A DNA stretch of 46,916 bases from Clostridia bacterium (GCA_900757905.1 CAAEPN010000130.1:1-46916), one strand, 5' to 3'. Numbered from the stretch's first letter, positions 36,055 through 45,437 are shown. Numbers and translations are program-made. Notes: generated by a model not told the origin, from the letters alone.

Positions 36055-38695
36055 TCAGTTATTTTCGCAGGTGTCGATGATCTGCTGGATATACTCGTTA
36101 TCTTCGTAGCCGGTAAGCTTCTTAGCGGCACTATAGATACTTTCCTTGCGAACAGCGCTATAGTAAGTTGCGTTGCCGATCGTCACATAAGAACGCAAGT
36201 GCAGCATTTCCGTAAGCGTTTCTTTTTGCATCGGAACGCCGACTACCAGTGCATTGAAAGCGGCAACTCCATCCTCTTCGATAATGTACTTCTGAATATC
36301 GTCTTTTGCAATTCTTACGATAACGCAGGATTTTCCGTTCTGTGCAGCTTCATTATCTAAGACAAAGTTTTCATCCTTGCCCTCAAACTGTGCGTTGAAC
36401 AGCGTATCACGCGTTGCCAAGAAACCGATCTCATCGGCATTAACGCGCGAAGCGAGGTCGATCTTCGTCTTAAAGCGGATACCGGTCACGCCGGAGGTAC
36501 GCACGGAAACGGAATCGTCAAAGTCGATATCCACCGTCTGGCTGACCTGCCAGGTCTTACCGGCAACATCGGCGATGTTTACGGTCTCACCGGCTTTGTA
36601 ATAGTCCGAACCGTCCGCAAGCGTCCAGGTATAGACCTTTGCGCCGTTAAAGGTGGTCGGGAACGTATAGGTTTCGCCGGAAGCGACGCTGTAGGTACGG
36701 TTTTCGCCCTCGGAGTCAACTAACCAAAGTGCGTTGGACGGCTGGATATAGACGGCGATAGCACGGCAATATTCAGTACGCCAGTCATTGGACAATATAC
36801 CGATATTGGTAAAATCTGCCAAGGAAAGCGGTACGGATCGAACCATACCCCATTTTTTGGCGGCAAGCGTACTTTTCACAAGATTCCAAGTTGTGTAGTA
36901 TGCGCCCCAGCCGTTAGGATCTGTTTTAGAATCATACGAATACGGCGCTCCGACGGTAAATCTATTCGGCAAGCTGTCGTAATCGACGTAAAGCTCGGCA
37001 TAAATGCTGATCTTACCGGTCATGGCCTTGCCGTCGGTATAGACCCAGTTTGCTCCGTCGGAGGGGGTTACTTCGATACCGACTACGTTCGGACTAAGCT
37101 TGGATTGACCGCATCTTAACGTTGTAAAGCCGCCAAAATCCCGCTTTTCGGCAAGGGTAAAGTCAGCAAGCTTGATATCGGCAATATTTGTAAAGCCGGT
37201 CTTGCCGGAGAAGTTATCGAAATAGATAAGCTGGCCGTAGGTCTCGTCATAAGAAACCGGTGCAGCCTGAATGGAGATCGGATAAAGCGTCTTTCCGGCA
37301 ATATCTGCCTTTGCGGCGCTTTCACCGGTTGCCCATACCTTGCTGCCGTCCGTCCAGTATGAAACGTTCTTGCCGACAATCTCGGACGGGATCGCATAGG
37401 TATCGTCCTCGAGTTTCACAGCACACGGTCGCTTCCGGCCGCATCCGAGGTGAGCCAGAACGAATCGTCCGGTAAGAAGTAAACGCCGATGGCACGTGCA
37501 TAAGCGCCGGATTGGTTGTTATTGTTGAACGTACCAAAACGGGTATCGGTGCTCAAAAGAGCAAGGCTGTCAAAGTAGAGCTTGGTATAGGTATTTGCCT
37601 TTGCGGTCTTGGTCTGCCACGGCGTAATGACGCCGCCGCCCCAACCGGACCAGTTCCCGGCATTCGAGGTACGCTTGGAAACGACCGACCAATAAGCCTT
37701 ATCGCTATTCTGGCTGTAAATTTCGGCATAGAATGTCACTTTACCGGAAAGCAGCGAACGGTTTTCGTCAAGAAAACGGAAGCTGTCATCGCCGTCGGCA
37801 TATTCGACTTCGAAACCGTAGGTGGTAACTCTGTCGCTGACGTTACCGCTCTTAACCGCATAGTAACCTGCGTAAGTGGACGGATCCGGCATCGTCGAAG
37901 CGATCTTGATATTGGTAAGATTTTCAAAATCGTTGTCGGAGGCGAAGTTTTCAAAATAAACAAGCTGACCGTAGGTCTTGTCATACTCGGCAGGACGCGC
38001 GGCACTCTTGTAGGCGTTGCAGTAGACTCTTACATTATCAATATAGTACACTTCGCCGTTGCAATTCTTATGCAGCACATACTGCGTATAAGCCTTGAGG
38101 GATTCCTCCGTCAGGTTATTGCCCGGAAGCTGGAAGGTTTCCTTATAGGTATACCATGCGCCGGTTCCTTTGACATACGAGCCACCATTCCAAGGTTCGG
38201 GGCGGACGATTTGCCGTCGTAACAAACGCCGATAAAGTGCGTCCAAAAGCCCGAAGCCGTGCTTTCCTCCGGAACGTAGATATCGACAAGTACGGTATAA
38301 TCGCCGGGAGTGGAAAGGTTATCGGTAAAGTCTACCTGATAGCCGCCGTGCGCGCTGGTTTGCGTGACCTTTAACGCCTTGCCTGTCTTTTCGCTGTCCG
38401 GGTTTTCGACAAGCTCCAGCGAAGACGAATAGCTGCCGGCCGTATAAGCGCCGGCTGCATAGGTCGCGGTAGAAGCGTCGGTCTCGTCAAAATTATTGTA
38501 CCAGACAAGTTTTCCCAAGGTCTCATCTTCTGTGGGAATATCGATATCGGCAGCAAGTGCGGTTTTATCCGGAACTGCTTCGATAAGCTCCGCAGCCGTT
38601 TCGGGTGTTTCAAATTCGAACGCGCTTACCGTGAGCGGTTGGATCAAAAGACACAAAACGAGAAGCAAAACCAATGCGTGATGTGATTTTCTCAT
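36055..38695 (-). pseudogene. paralog of the 971-aa secreted repeat protein, split into three ORFs by two 1-nt deletions
   Basis: Track ORFs 38111-38746, 37416-38246 and 36055-37419 are consecutive pieces of one gene. They carry a signal peptide (MRKSHHALVLLLVLCLLIQPLTVSA|FEFE), the same TYGQL modules and the same C-terminal domain. The span from ATG 38695 to the stop is 2641 nt, which is 881 codons minus 2 nt. Confidence 0.75.
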
Positions 38696-38734
38696 AAAAA
38701 ACACAACTCCTTTTCTATATTTTTTAGTAATTTT

Positions 38735-38763
38735 ATTATACCGCATCCAGTTTTATTTGTAAA
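38735..38763 (-). promoter_or_regulatory. consensus sigma-A promoter of the disrupted paralog
   Basis: Minus strand: TTTACA (38763-38758), 17 bp, TATAAT (38740-38735). AAAAGGAG RBS before ATG 38695. Confidence 0.7.
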
Positions 38764-38826
38764 ATAATGACAAGTATACTTAATTTCTGATTATTTCCGA
38801 CATCTTTTCTTAGACTTTTCCTGCAT

Positions 38827-38893
38827 TTTACATTTAACCTCGATTTAACATACATCCCCTTTTAGATTTTACATAGCGCCGTTATTCTTAACA
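38827..38893 (+). promoter_or_regulatory. possible Pho-box-like TT(T/A)ACA direct repeats
   Basis: TTTACA 38827, TTAACC 38834, TTAACA 38845, TTTACA 38868 and TTAACA 38888, spaced at ~10-11-bp multiples upstream of the Na/Pi transporter and PhoPR-like operon. The background is AT-rich, so chance cannot be excluded. Confidence 0.3.
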
Positions 38894-38952
38894 TTGTAAA
38901 ATAACGTAGACTGTGTCGAATTTTGTAAGAAACGGTCAAATCGGAGGAAATT

Positions 38953-40710
38953 ATGGATATTTTTTCGGTTATCACACTATTCGGAGGCCTTGCGCTGTTT
39001 TTATTCGGAATGACGATCATGGGGGACAGCCTTGAAAAGCAGGGCGGCGGCAAGTTAAAAGGCGTACTTGAACGTCTGACCTCCAACAAATTCGGCGGCG
39101 TGCTTCTCGGCGCCGGTGTGACGGCAATCATTCAAAGCTCTTCGGCCACCACCGTCATGGTTGTCGGATTTGTCAATTCGGGGCTTATGAAGCTCTCGCA
39201 ATCGATCGGCGTTATCATGGGTGCCAACATCGGAACAACGGTCACGGCTTGGCTTATCAGCCTTACCGGCATCGAGAGCGACAATATTGTCATGCGCTTT
39301 CTGAAGCCCTCCAGCTTCTCTTTTGTTTTAGCGCTTATCGGTATTATCCTCTATATGTTCTGCGGCAACTCCGGCAAAAAAGACATCGGTTCGGCGCTTC
39401 TTGGCTTTACCATTTTAATTGTCGGCATGGACTACATGTCGGACGCGGTCAAACCGCTTGCCGATGTACCCGAATTCCAGCGCATTCTTCTGCTCTTTAC
39501 CAACCCGGTACTCGGTGTTCTCACTGGCGCGCTGCTCACCGGTATTATTCAAAGCTCGTCCGCGTCGGTCGGTATTTTACAGGCGCTGTCCGTAACCGGC
39601 GGTGTACGCTATTCCAACGCAATTCCGATTATTTTAGGACAGAACATCGGTACGTGCGTAACGGCGCTTCTTTCCTCGGTCGGCACGAACAAGAACGCAA
39701 AACGCGCGGCCGTGGTACATTTAAGTTTCAATATTATCGGCTCAGCCATCTTCTTGATTCTCTTTTACACGGCAAACGCATTTATCGGCTTCCCGTTCTT
39801 TAACGATTCGATCAACAAAGTCGGCATTGCGGTCGTACATACCTCTTTCAACATTTTTTCAACGCTTCTTTTACTTCCCTTCACCAAGCAGCTTGAAAAG
39901 CTTGCCTGCTTTATTGTCCGCGATGAAAAGAGCGACAGCAAGCCGGAGGAAAAGAAGCTGCCGCTTGACGAGCGTTTATTCGAAGTGCCGGCCTTTGCTC
40001 TTACGCGCGCAAAAAGCGTTACCGACAGTATGGCGCTTCTTGCGGAAAACAGTCTTGTCGCGTCGCTCGGCCTTTTGGAAAAATACGACGAGGGCACGGC
40101 AAAGCAAATCAAGACCGATGAAGAACAGGTCGATTCCTATGAGGACATGTTAGGCACCTATCTTGTCAAGCTCAGCCAAGAGAGCTTAAGCAAGGCGGAC
40201 AGCCACGGCATTTCCCTGCTTTTACACAGCATCGGCGATTTTGAGCGTATCAGCGACCACGCGGTCAATCTCTGCGAGGTAGCAAACGAGATCTACAGCA
40301 AAAAAGTTGCCTTTTCTCCGGACGCGGTCAAAGAGATTGAAACCATGAAGCAGGCGCTGACCGAGATACTGAATCTTACGGTCGGCGCGTTCCAGAAGAA
40401 CGACCTTGAAGCCGCAAAATCGGTCGAGCCGCTCGAACAGGTAGTAGACGCACTCGGCGAATCCATGAAAACCAACCACATCAAGCGTTTACAGGAAAAT
40501 CGCTGCACCATCGAAACCGGCTTTGTGTATTCCGATCTCATCACCAACTGCGAGCGTGTGGCGGATCATTGCTCCAACATTGCCGTCAGCATGCTTCGCA
40601 TTGACGACGACAGTCTGAACGCGCATGAATATCTTGCCGAAGTCAAAAGCCACGGTAACGAGCTTTTTGAAACAAAATACCGCGAATATGCGAAAAAATA
40701 TCACGTATAA
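38953..40710 (+). CDS. Na/Pi cotransporter family protein with C-terminal PhoU-like repeats
   Basis: 585 aa. Duplicated IIQSSSA(T/S) motifs (AIIQSSSATTVMVVGFVNSG and GIIQSSSASVGILQAL). Helical C-terminal PhoU-like half. GGAGGA RBS. Confidence 0.85.
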   Translation: MDIFSVITLFGGLALFLFGMTIMGDSLEKQGGGKLKGVLERLTSNKFGGVLLGAGVTAIIQSSSATTVMVVGFVNSGLMKLSQSIGVIMGANIGTTVTAWLISLTGIESDNIVMRFLKPSSFSFVLALIGIILYMFCGNSGKKDIGSALLGFTILIVGMDYMSDAVKPLADVPEFQRILLLFTNPVLGVLTGALLTGIIQSSSASVGILQALSVTGGVRYSNAIPIILGQNIGTCVTALLSSVGTNKNAKRAAVVHLSFNIIGSAIFLILFYTANAFIGFPFFNDSINKVGIAVVHTSFNIFSTLLLLPFTKQLEKLACFIVRDEKSDSKPEEKKLPLDERLFEVPAFALTRAKSVTDSMALLAENSLVASLGLLEKYDEGTAKQIKTDEEQVDSYEDMLGTYLVKLSQESLSKADSHGISLLLHSIGDFERISDHAVNLCEVANEIYSKKVAFSPDAVKEIETMKQALTEILNLTVGAFQKNDLEAAKSVEPLEQVVDALGESMKTNHIKRLQENRCTIETGFVYSDLITNCERVADHCSNIAVSMLRIDDDSLNAHEYLAEVKSHGNELFETKYREYAKKYHV

Positions 40711-40805
40711 CCCTTGCAAATCGGCGAAAATCTGATACAATAATAAGGAAAGCAAAATTAGACTGCCGTCTCTTGATCTGCGGCAGAAGTATTGGAGGTT
40801 TTGAT

Positions 40806-41486
40806 ATGCAAAAGATCTATTGCGTAGAAGATGACAGCAGCATACGGGAATTATTGATATATGCCCTTCGCTCAGCCGGCTTCGAAGCGGAAGGCTTTGA
40901 AAACGCCTCGGATTTCACAGCGGCGGTAGCGGTATTCCGTCCGGCCTTAGTATTACTTGACATCATGCTTCCCGACCGCGACGGATTAAAGGTTTTGCGC
41001 GAGTTGCGCAGCCGGAACGAAACCAAAACGCTGCCGGTCATTTTATTAACCGCCAAGGGCAGCCGTATCGACAAGGTCACCGGTCTTGACGGCGGTGCGG
41101 ACGACTACATTACCAAGCCTTTTGACGTTTTGGAATTGATCTCCCGCATCAACGCCGTGCTTCGCCGCACGCAAGCTCCTCCCAAAAGCCAAAAAGAATC
41201 CGTGAAATACAAAGATATCGTCATCAACACCGACAGCCGCACCGTGACGGTCAAGGACGAGGTTATTCCTCTCACATTCAAGGAATTTGAGTTGCTTTAT
41301 TATTTGGTAGCCAACAAGGGCATCGTGCTCACGCGCGACAAACTCATGAACGAGGTCTGGGGCACGGATTTCGAAGGTGAAACGCGCACGGTAGACGTAC
41401 ATATCCGCACGCTCCGGCAGAAACTCGGAGAAGCCGGCACACATATTGCAACCGTCCGCAACGTCGGCTATATGGCGGAGCTTTAA
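40806..41486 (+). CDS. OmpR/PhoB-family response regulator (PhoP-like)
   Basis: ATG 40806 after GGAGG. Receiver domain (VEDD...LLDIMLPDRDG...TAKG) plus winged-helix output (LT.KEFELLYYL....G.VL.R..L...VWG...RTVDVHIR.LR.KL). Confidence 0.85.
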   Translation: MQKIYCVEDDSSIRELLIYALRSAGFEAEGFENASDFTAAVAVFRPALVLLDIMLPDRDGLKVLRELRSRNETKTLPVILLTAKGSRIDKVTGLDGGADDYITKPFDVLELISRINAVLRRTQAPPKSQKESVKYKDIVINTDSRTVTVKDEVIPLTFKEFELLYYLVANKGIVLTRDKLMNEVWGTDFEGETRTVDVHIRTLRQKLGEAGTHIATVRNVGYMAEL

Positions 41487-41526
41487 AGCGCCTTTTTAAA
41501 CAGAAGCCACAGGAGGCGAAAAGCGG

Positions 41527-43236
41527 TTGTTTAAGAAAATTTACAAGAATATGCGATTCGTATCACTGTTTACGCTTATCATTTCGGCGGTTTTGGTGTT
41601 TTCGACCGGATACTACATCTTTAATCTGCGCATTGAAGCCGAGATTCGCGAACAGGCGCTGTTGCTTTCGCAGTTTGTCAACCACTGTTTGGAAAAAAAC
41701 GGCGCTCTTCCGGACGATATGCCGCATTTTACCGACGGGAAAAGCTTAGTGATCCTATCGCCGGACGGCACGGTTTTATACGATGCCGACCCAAGCGGCG
41801 CTATCACAAAGGGGTATGAAAAGCTAACCGAGCGCCCGGAAGTAATCCTTGCAGACGAAAACGGCCGCGGCGAGGATGAAGCCTATATGTCCGGCTTTCT
41901 CGGCAAGGTCTACAGCTATGCAATAACGCTTTCCGACGGCAGCATCCTCCTTGTTTCCTGCGATACGCTCGATATTTTCTCGCTTATGAGTGAATTTTTC
42001 GTGGTCTTGGTCTTTATGTGCTTGCTCATCTATCTGCTGACAGCCGTCATCTCCAAGCGTCTTACCGAAAATATCGTCGCGCCGATCGCAAATACCTCTT
42101 TTGCCGAGATCGACGAGCAGCGTTCGCCCTACGAGGAGTTACAGCCGTTCATTTCGATGATCTCCTATCAGAACCGTGAGATCAAGCATCAGGTCGAACG
42201 CGTCAAGCGGCAGAAACTACGCTTGCAGGCGGTCAGCGAATCCATGAACGAGGGACTTGTCGTTCTCGATCGCGACGGGAATATTCTTTCGCTCAACCGT
42301 GCGGCAGCGCGTGTTCTGAACCTCGCCTCTACCGAAGCGGTCAAAAACACCTCCCTGTTAAAGCTCACCGGGAACGACCCGGATTTTGCGGCAAAGCTTT
42401 CTGCCGCCTATGAAAACAAGCGCGGTTCGTTCTACTATACGACCGATACGCACACCTATGAGCTGTTTTACAGTCCGGTAAACGACGGAACAAACGTCAT
42501 CGGCGTGGTCATTCTGATGTTTGATATGACCGAAAAGATCAAAAACGAACAAATTCGCGCGGAATTTACCGCCAATGTATCGCATGAATTGAAAACGCCG
42601 CTCACCTCCATTCACGGCTACGCCCAGCTCATAACAAGCGGCATAGCGCGCGAAGAGGACAAGCCGCTATTTGCCGAAAAGATTGAGAAAGAAAGCAGCC
42701 GCTTAATTTCGCTGGTTGAAGATATTATCGAGCTTTCCAATCTCGACGAGGGCATTCAGCCTGAAAAAACATCGTTTGCCGTGCAGCCGATGCTTGCAGA
42801 AATTTTAGATACGCTGTCGCTGGCCGCCGAAAAGAAAAACGTGTCATTCACGCTCACCGGCGACGATTTCGAAATACTTGCCGGGAAAAGCCAGATTCAC
42901 GAGCTGCTTTACAATCTGCTTGACAATGCTGTCAAATACAATAAGGATGGCGGAAAAGTGGACGTATCTGTGGAAAAAAGCGGTAAAGTCCGCATTGCCG
43001 ACACCGGCATCGGAATTCCGGATGAAATGCGCGAGCGTATTTTCGAACGCTTTTTCCGCGTGGACAAGAGCCACTCCAAGAAAGTCAACGGCACGGGACT
43101 GGGACTTTCCATCGTAAAGCACATTGCCATGAACAACAATCTGTCGCTTGAGGTGGCAAGTAAGCTCGGCGAGGGCAGCACATTTACAGTCGGCTTTGAG
43201 AATTGCCTTGTAAAGAACAACCGGCATGGACATTAA
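41527..43236 (+). CDS. sensor histidine kinase (PhoR-like)
   Basis: 569 aa. Two N-terminal TM segments, a PAS-like region, H-box FTANVSHELKTPLTSIHGY, and N/G boxes (LLDNAVKYN, DTGIGIP, GTGLGLSIV). TTG start after AGGAGG. Confidence 0.85.
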   Translation: MFKKIYKNMRFVSLFTLIISAVLVFSTGYYIFNLRIEAEIREQALLLSQFVNHCLEKNGALPDDMPHFTDGKSLVILSPDGTVLYDADPSGAITKGYEKLTERPEVILADENGRGEDEAYMSGFLGKVYSYAITLSDGSILLVSCDTLDIFSLMSEFFVVLVFMCLLIYLLTAVISKRLTENIVAPIANTSFAEIDEQRSPYEELQPFISMISYQNREIKHQVERVKRQKLRLQAVSESMNEGLVVLDRDGNILSLNRAAARVLNLASTEAVKNTSLLKLTGNDPDFAAKLSAAYENKRGSFYYTTDTHTYELFYSPVNDGTNVIGVVILMFDMTEKIKNEQIRAEFTANVSHELKTPLTSIHGYAQLITSGIAREEDKPLFAEKIEKESSRLISLVEDIIELSNLDEGIQPEKTSFAVQPMLAEILDTLSLAAEKKNVSFTLTGDDFEILAGKSQIHELLYNLLDNAVKYNKDGGKVDVSVEKSGKVRIADTGIGIPDEMRERIFERFFRVDKSHSKKVNGTGLGLSIVKHIAMNNNLSLEVASKLGEGSTFTVGFENCLVKNNRHGH

Positions 43237-43252
43237 GATTTTGCACAAAAGA

Positions 43253-43281
43253 AAGGGCAACCAACTTAAATTGGTTGCCTT
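43253..43281. terminator. left bracket hairpin of repeat copy 2
   Basis: ggcaaccaa-cttaaa-ttggttgcc preceded by aaaagaaa. This acts as a terminator for minus-strand transcripts. Confidence 0.65.
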
Positions 43282-43474
43282 AAGCGTGTCGCAAAACTTC
43301 GTTTTGCGACACGAAAACAGATTCGTGCGCTCGCGCCTCATGCCAAAAAGCTCCGCTTTTCGATACTCGCGAATCTATCGGAGAAAAATCCGTGGCGCAT
43401 GTCCCCGGATTTTTCAGATTTTTTATTGATATCGGGCTTCGCACGAAAAGCTTTATGGACTTTTACAACAGTCT
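43282..43474 (+). repeat. structured ~193-nt intergenic repeat, copy 2
   Basis: Aligns over its full length with copies 1 (reverse complement) and 3. Internal hairpins at 43285-43313 (13-bp stem) and 43383-43415 (10-bp stem, followed by agatttttt). Confidence 0.9.
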
Positions 43475-43506
43475 AAGGGCAGCCAATTTGAATTGGCTGC
43501 CCTTTT
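43475..43506. terminator. right bracket hairpin of repeat copy 2
   Basis: gggcagccaa-tttgaa-ttggctgccc followed by tttt. Near-inverted copy of the left bracket, with 4 substitutions. Confidence 0.65.
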
Positions 43507-43543
43507 GATTTGCATATATTCACTATTTTTCCGCTTACTGCTT

Positions 43544-43903
43544 TTATTCATCCGTCAATTCCCGATCGATCCATGCCATGAGCAAATTTACGATTTTTTG
43601 CTGTCGCACCGCGTCAAGCGCTACGCCTTTTGGCACGCGATACCACTTTTCAAGACAGCCGCGGCAACAGCATGCACAGGCATGCTGAGCAACAAAAACA
43701 GGATGTCCGCGCATGGGCGTCTGCTTACCGTCATTCGGCGGAAACGCCGGTGCAAGGCGCGTGCTCACAAAATCGGCGGCATGCCGGCAGATCACGTCCC
43801 TGCCCTTTTCCTTCACATAGGCTTTTTCTTTTTCAGACAGATGAAATTTACGCCGGAAATCCGATTTTTCAAGCCGCGCAAAGGTTTCTTCGTACCCGGC
43901 CAC
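43544..43903 (-). CDS. DUF4186 domain-containing protein
   Basis: 119 aa. VFVAQHACACCCRGCLEKWYRVPKG resembles the conserved CCRGCLEKWH core that I associate with DUF4186. 2-nt gap from the upstream MATE gene. Confidence 0.6.
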   Translation of the reverse strand: MAGYEETFARLEKSDFRRKFHLSEKEKAYVKEKGRDVICRHAADFVSTRLAPAFPPNDGKQTPMRGHPVFVAQHACACCCRGCLEKWYRVPKGVALDAVRQQKIVNLLMAWIDRELTDE

Positions 43904-43905
43904 GG

Positions 43906-45324
43906 TTATTCCGCTTCCGGTACGGCCAACTCAGCAGACGTGCCGGAGGTTTCCACAACGCAGTCCTTGGCAAGGTCGGCACGCTTATAATAGAAAAACG
44001 TGAGAATGCTGCAAACCGCCCAGCCGGCCGGATATCCGAGTGCGATCGGAATCGGCTGGTTGACGATATAGTGCGACATGATATACAGGTATATCTGCCG
44101 GAATACCACGAACGAAAACAGCATGATGAACATGGGCATGCGGCTGTTTCCCGCGCCGCGCAATGCGCCGGTATAGATCTGATTGACGCAGCAAAGCAGA
44201 TAAAACGGCAGAATATACCGCAAAAACGCGGTTCCGTACACGACGACCGTGTCTTTGGAGTTAAAGAAAGACACCATCCCGGGTGCAAAAATTACAAGCG
44301 GCAGCATGATGACAAACGTTGAGAGAAGTGCCATGCCGAAGGCATAGTTGACGCCTTTTTTGGCACGCTTCACATCACGAAGACCGAGATTCTGCCCGAC
44401 AAACGTCGTGCAGGCAATGGCAAGCGACTGCATGGGAAGCAGCACAAACTGATCAATTTTGGAATAGGCCGTCCAACCGGACATACAGTCTGCGCCGAAC
44501 ACATTGATATACGACTGCACGAAAACGTTGGAAAAACAGGTAATGGCCGTCTGGATCGCTGCCGGAATTCCGATTTTTAATATCTTGCCGAGCATTTCCC
44601 AATCGATACGCAAATCGCGGAAACGAAGCACCACACAGGTATCGCTTTTCCACAACGACAGCAGGACGAGCACGGCCGACGCGGCTTCGGCAATCACCGT
44701 CGCATAGGCAACGCCCTCCACGCCCATGTTAAATACAAGTACGAACACGAGGTCAAGCACAGTATTGACAAGCGCCGAAACGACAAGAAAATAGAACGGG
44801 CGCTTGGAATCGCCGACCGCGCGCAGAATACCCGAACCGATGTTATAGATCATAAGTCCTAACATACCGGCAAAATAGATGGTAAGATAAGCCGTCGATT
44901 CCGGAACGACCTCCTCCGGCGTTTTCATGAAGTCAAGCATAGTTGGAATCAAAAGAATGCCAGCAACCGACAGCACAACACCCAATATCAGCGTCATAAC
45001 AATTGCGGTATGCACGGTATCATGCACCTTATCAAAGCGCCTTGCGCCATAATACTGTGAAATGACGACGCCTGCGCCGGTCGAAAGGCCAAGAAAGAAG
45101 CCGATGAGCATATTGATGATAGGCCCTACCGTGCCGACTGCCGAAAAGGCTTCGTTGCTGACATAGTTACCGACCACCCACGCGTCGACCGTATTATAAA
45201 GCTGTTGAAAAATATTTCCGGCAAGAAGCGGCAGCGAAAACCAAACAAGATGTGCGGCGATACTGCCCTTTGTCATATCCGAGCCGGGATAAAAGCGTGA
45301 AAATCTGCTTTTAAGTGAGACCAT
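43906..45324 (-). CDS. MATE family efflux transporter
   Basis: 472-aa polytopic ORF with MatE repeats (SLPLLAGNIFQQLYNTVDAWVVG...). Confidence 0.85.
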   Translation of the reverse strand: MVSLKSRFSRFYPGSDMTKGSIAAHLVWFSLPLLAGNIFQQLYNTVDAWVVGNYVSNEAFSAVGTVGPIINMLIGFFLGLSTGAGVVISQYYGARRFDKVHDTVHTAIVMTLILGVVLSVAGILLIPTMLDFMKTPEEVVPESTAYLTIYFAGMLGLMIYNIGSGILRAVGDSKRPFYFLVVSALVNTVLDLVFVLVFNMGVEGVAYATVIAEAASAVLVLLSLWKSDTCVVLRFRDLRIDWEMLGKILKIGIPAAIQTAITCFSNVFVQSYINVFGADCMSGWTAYSKIDQFVLLPMQSLAIACTTFVGQNLGLRDVKRAKKGVNYAFGMALLSTFVIMLPLVIFAPGMVSFFNSKDTVVVYGTAFLRYILPFYLLCCVNQIYTGALRGAGNSRMPMFIMLFSFVVFRQIYLYIMSHYIVNQPIPIALGYPAGWAVCSILTFFYYKRADLAKDCVVETSGTSAELAVPEAE

Positions 45325-45374
45325 TTTCTGTTCCTATCTGAAAAATAAAGGTGATTTTTAGCTTGTTAATGTAT

Positions 45375-45403
45375 ATTGTAACACAAACCAAAGGAAATAG
45401 CAA
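45375..45403 (-). promoter_or_regulatory. sigma-A type promoter of the MATE/DUF4186 operon
   Basis: Minus strand: TTGCTA (45403-45398), 17 bp, TACAAT (45380-45375). Confidence 0.6.
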
Positions 45404-45437
45404 GTGACGATTTGCACAAAAAAGCCATAAAAGAAAA

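Noticed and set aside
36055-38746. Programmed ribosomal frameshifting to explain the three-piece gene
   Set aside because: No slippery heptamer or downstream stimulatory structure is evident at either junction. Two independent -1-nt lesions are explained more simply by mutation or sequencing error.
43339-43429. + strand ORF MPKSSAFRYSRIYRRKIRGACPRIFQIFY within repeat copy 2
   Set aside because: The equivalent frame is stopped after 7 codons in copy 1 and after 14 codons in copy 3.
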